DNA of 61,389 nt. Source: Candidatus Desulfacyla euxinica. GTDB taxonomy: Bacteria; Desulfobacterota; DSM-4660; Desulfatiglandales; Desulfatiglandaceae. Shown one piece after another: positions 61,233-61,389 of the stretch. Where the stretch lies: assembly GCA_014382715.1 (NCBI GenBank), contig JACNJD010000124.1:1-61389 (forward strand), written 5' to 3'. The position numbers were made by a program, and so were the translations under genes. The notes under the pieces are model-generated. The model was not told the DNA's origin, ran no database searches, and saw only the letters and a program-made list of their open reading frames with translations. Position 1 is the first letter of the stretch. Each line of letters starts with the position of its first letter.

Positions 61233-61329
61233 GTCATTCCCGCGGAAGCGGGAATCCAGTTAAATCATCCCGCGGCGGCGGGACTGGACTCCCGCGTTCG
61301 CGGGAGTGACGGCTTTGGGGACTTTTTAC
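61233..61329 (+). repeat. Composite REP/MITE-like element, copy B
   Basis: Contains gtcattcccgcggaagcgggaatccag, atcccgcggcggcggga, and cccgcgttcgcgggagtgacggctttggggactttttac. It is collinear with 4964..5062. Confidence 0.8.
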
Positions 61330-61339
61330 GAATTCCCGG

Positions 61340-61386
61340 ATGGCCACCCAAAATCCCCCACTCATGGCCACTTCAAAATCCCCCAC
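61340..61386 (+). repeat. Two tandem ~23-nt units at the window edge
   Basis: Units are atggccacccaaaatcccccac and atggccacttcaaaatcccccac. The array may continue beyond the window. Confidence 0.5.
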
Positions 61387-61389
61387 CTA

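Overview
This 61.4-kb window looks like a chromosomal segment from an anaerobic, Desulfobacterota-like bacterium. That assignment is an inference from the multihaem cytochromes, the number of B12-radical-SAM genes and the style of the intergenic repeats; there is no rRNA to confirm it. All calls come from reading the ORF translations and the DNA by eye, and no searches were run.

- **1 to 27.4 kb (core genes):** a secreted SBBP beta-propeller repeat protein that runs off the left edge and is missing from the ORF track; a hotdog-dehydratase/FabG/LolA-like/lipoprotein/B12-rSAM operon; a peptidoglycan-recycling set (nagZ, murU-like, amgK-like); hipBA; a VapC-like PIN gene; HIT and HNH genes; two paralogous multihaem cytochromes; dprA-topA; a Tpt1-like gene; and pyrF.
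- **27.5 to 52.1 kb (insertions at tRNA-Thr):** tRNA-Thr(CGU) occurs as two identical full copies plus a 41-nt 3' fragment. These bound a 2.1-kb cassette (a minimal nucleotidyltransferase plus a wHTH protein) and a 22-kb AT-richer island. No recombinase is visible in either segment.
- **Island cargo:** a large glycosylation block (several GT2 and GT4 genes, a GtrB-like gene, a TMTC-like GT-C/TPR gene, a PIG-L deacetylase, sulfotransferase-like, methyltransferase and GNAT genes). It is bracketed by two paralogous secreted proteins with Thr tracts and S74 intramolecular-chaperone C-termini, which share a 455-bp stretch that is identical by eye. The island also holds an IS200 tnpA relic and a gene with an in-frame amber codon.
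- **52.1 to 61.4 kb:** nadE, a second GT-C-like/TPR plus GT2 pair, and an HpnK/HpnJ-like (YdjC plus B12-rSAM) plus GNAT operon.
- **Intergenic DNA throughout:** many spacers contain dispersed 30-110-nt elements built from iterated 7-10-nt words, and REP/MITE-like hairpin elements.
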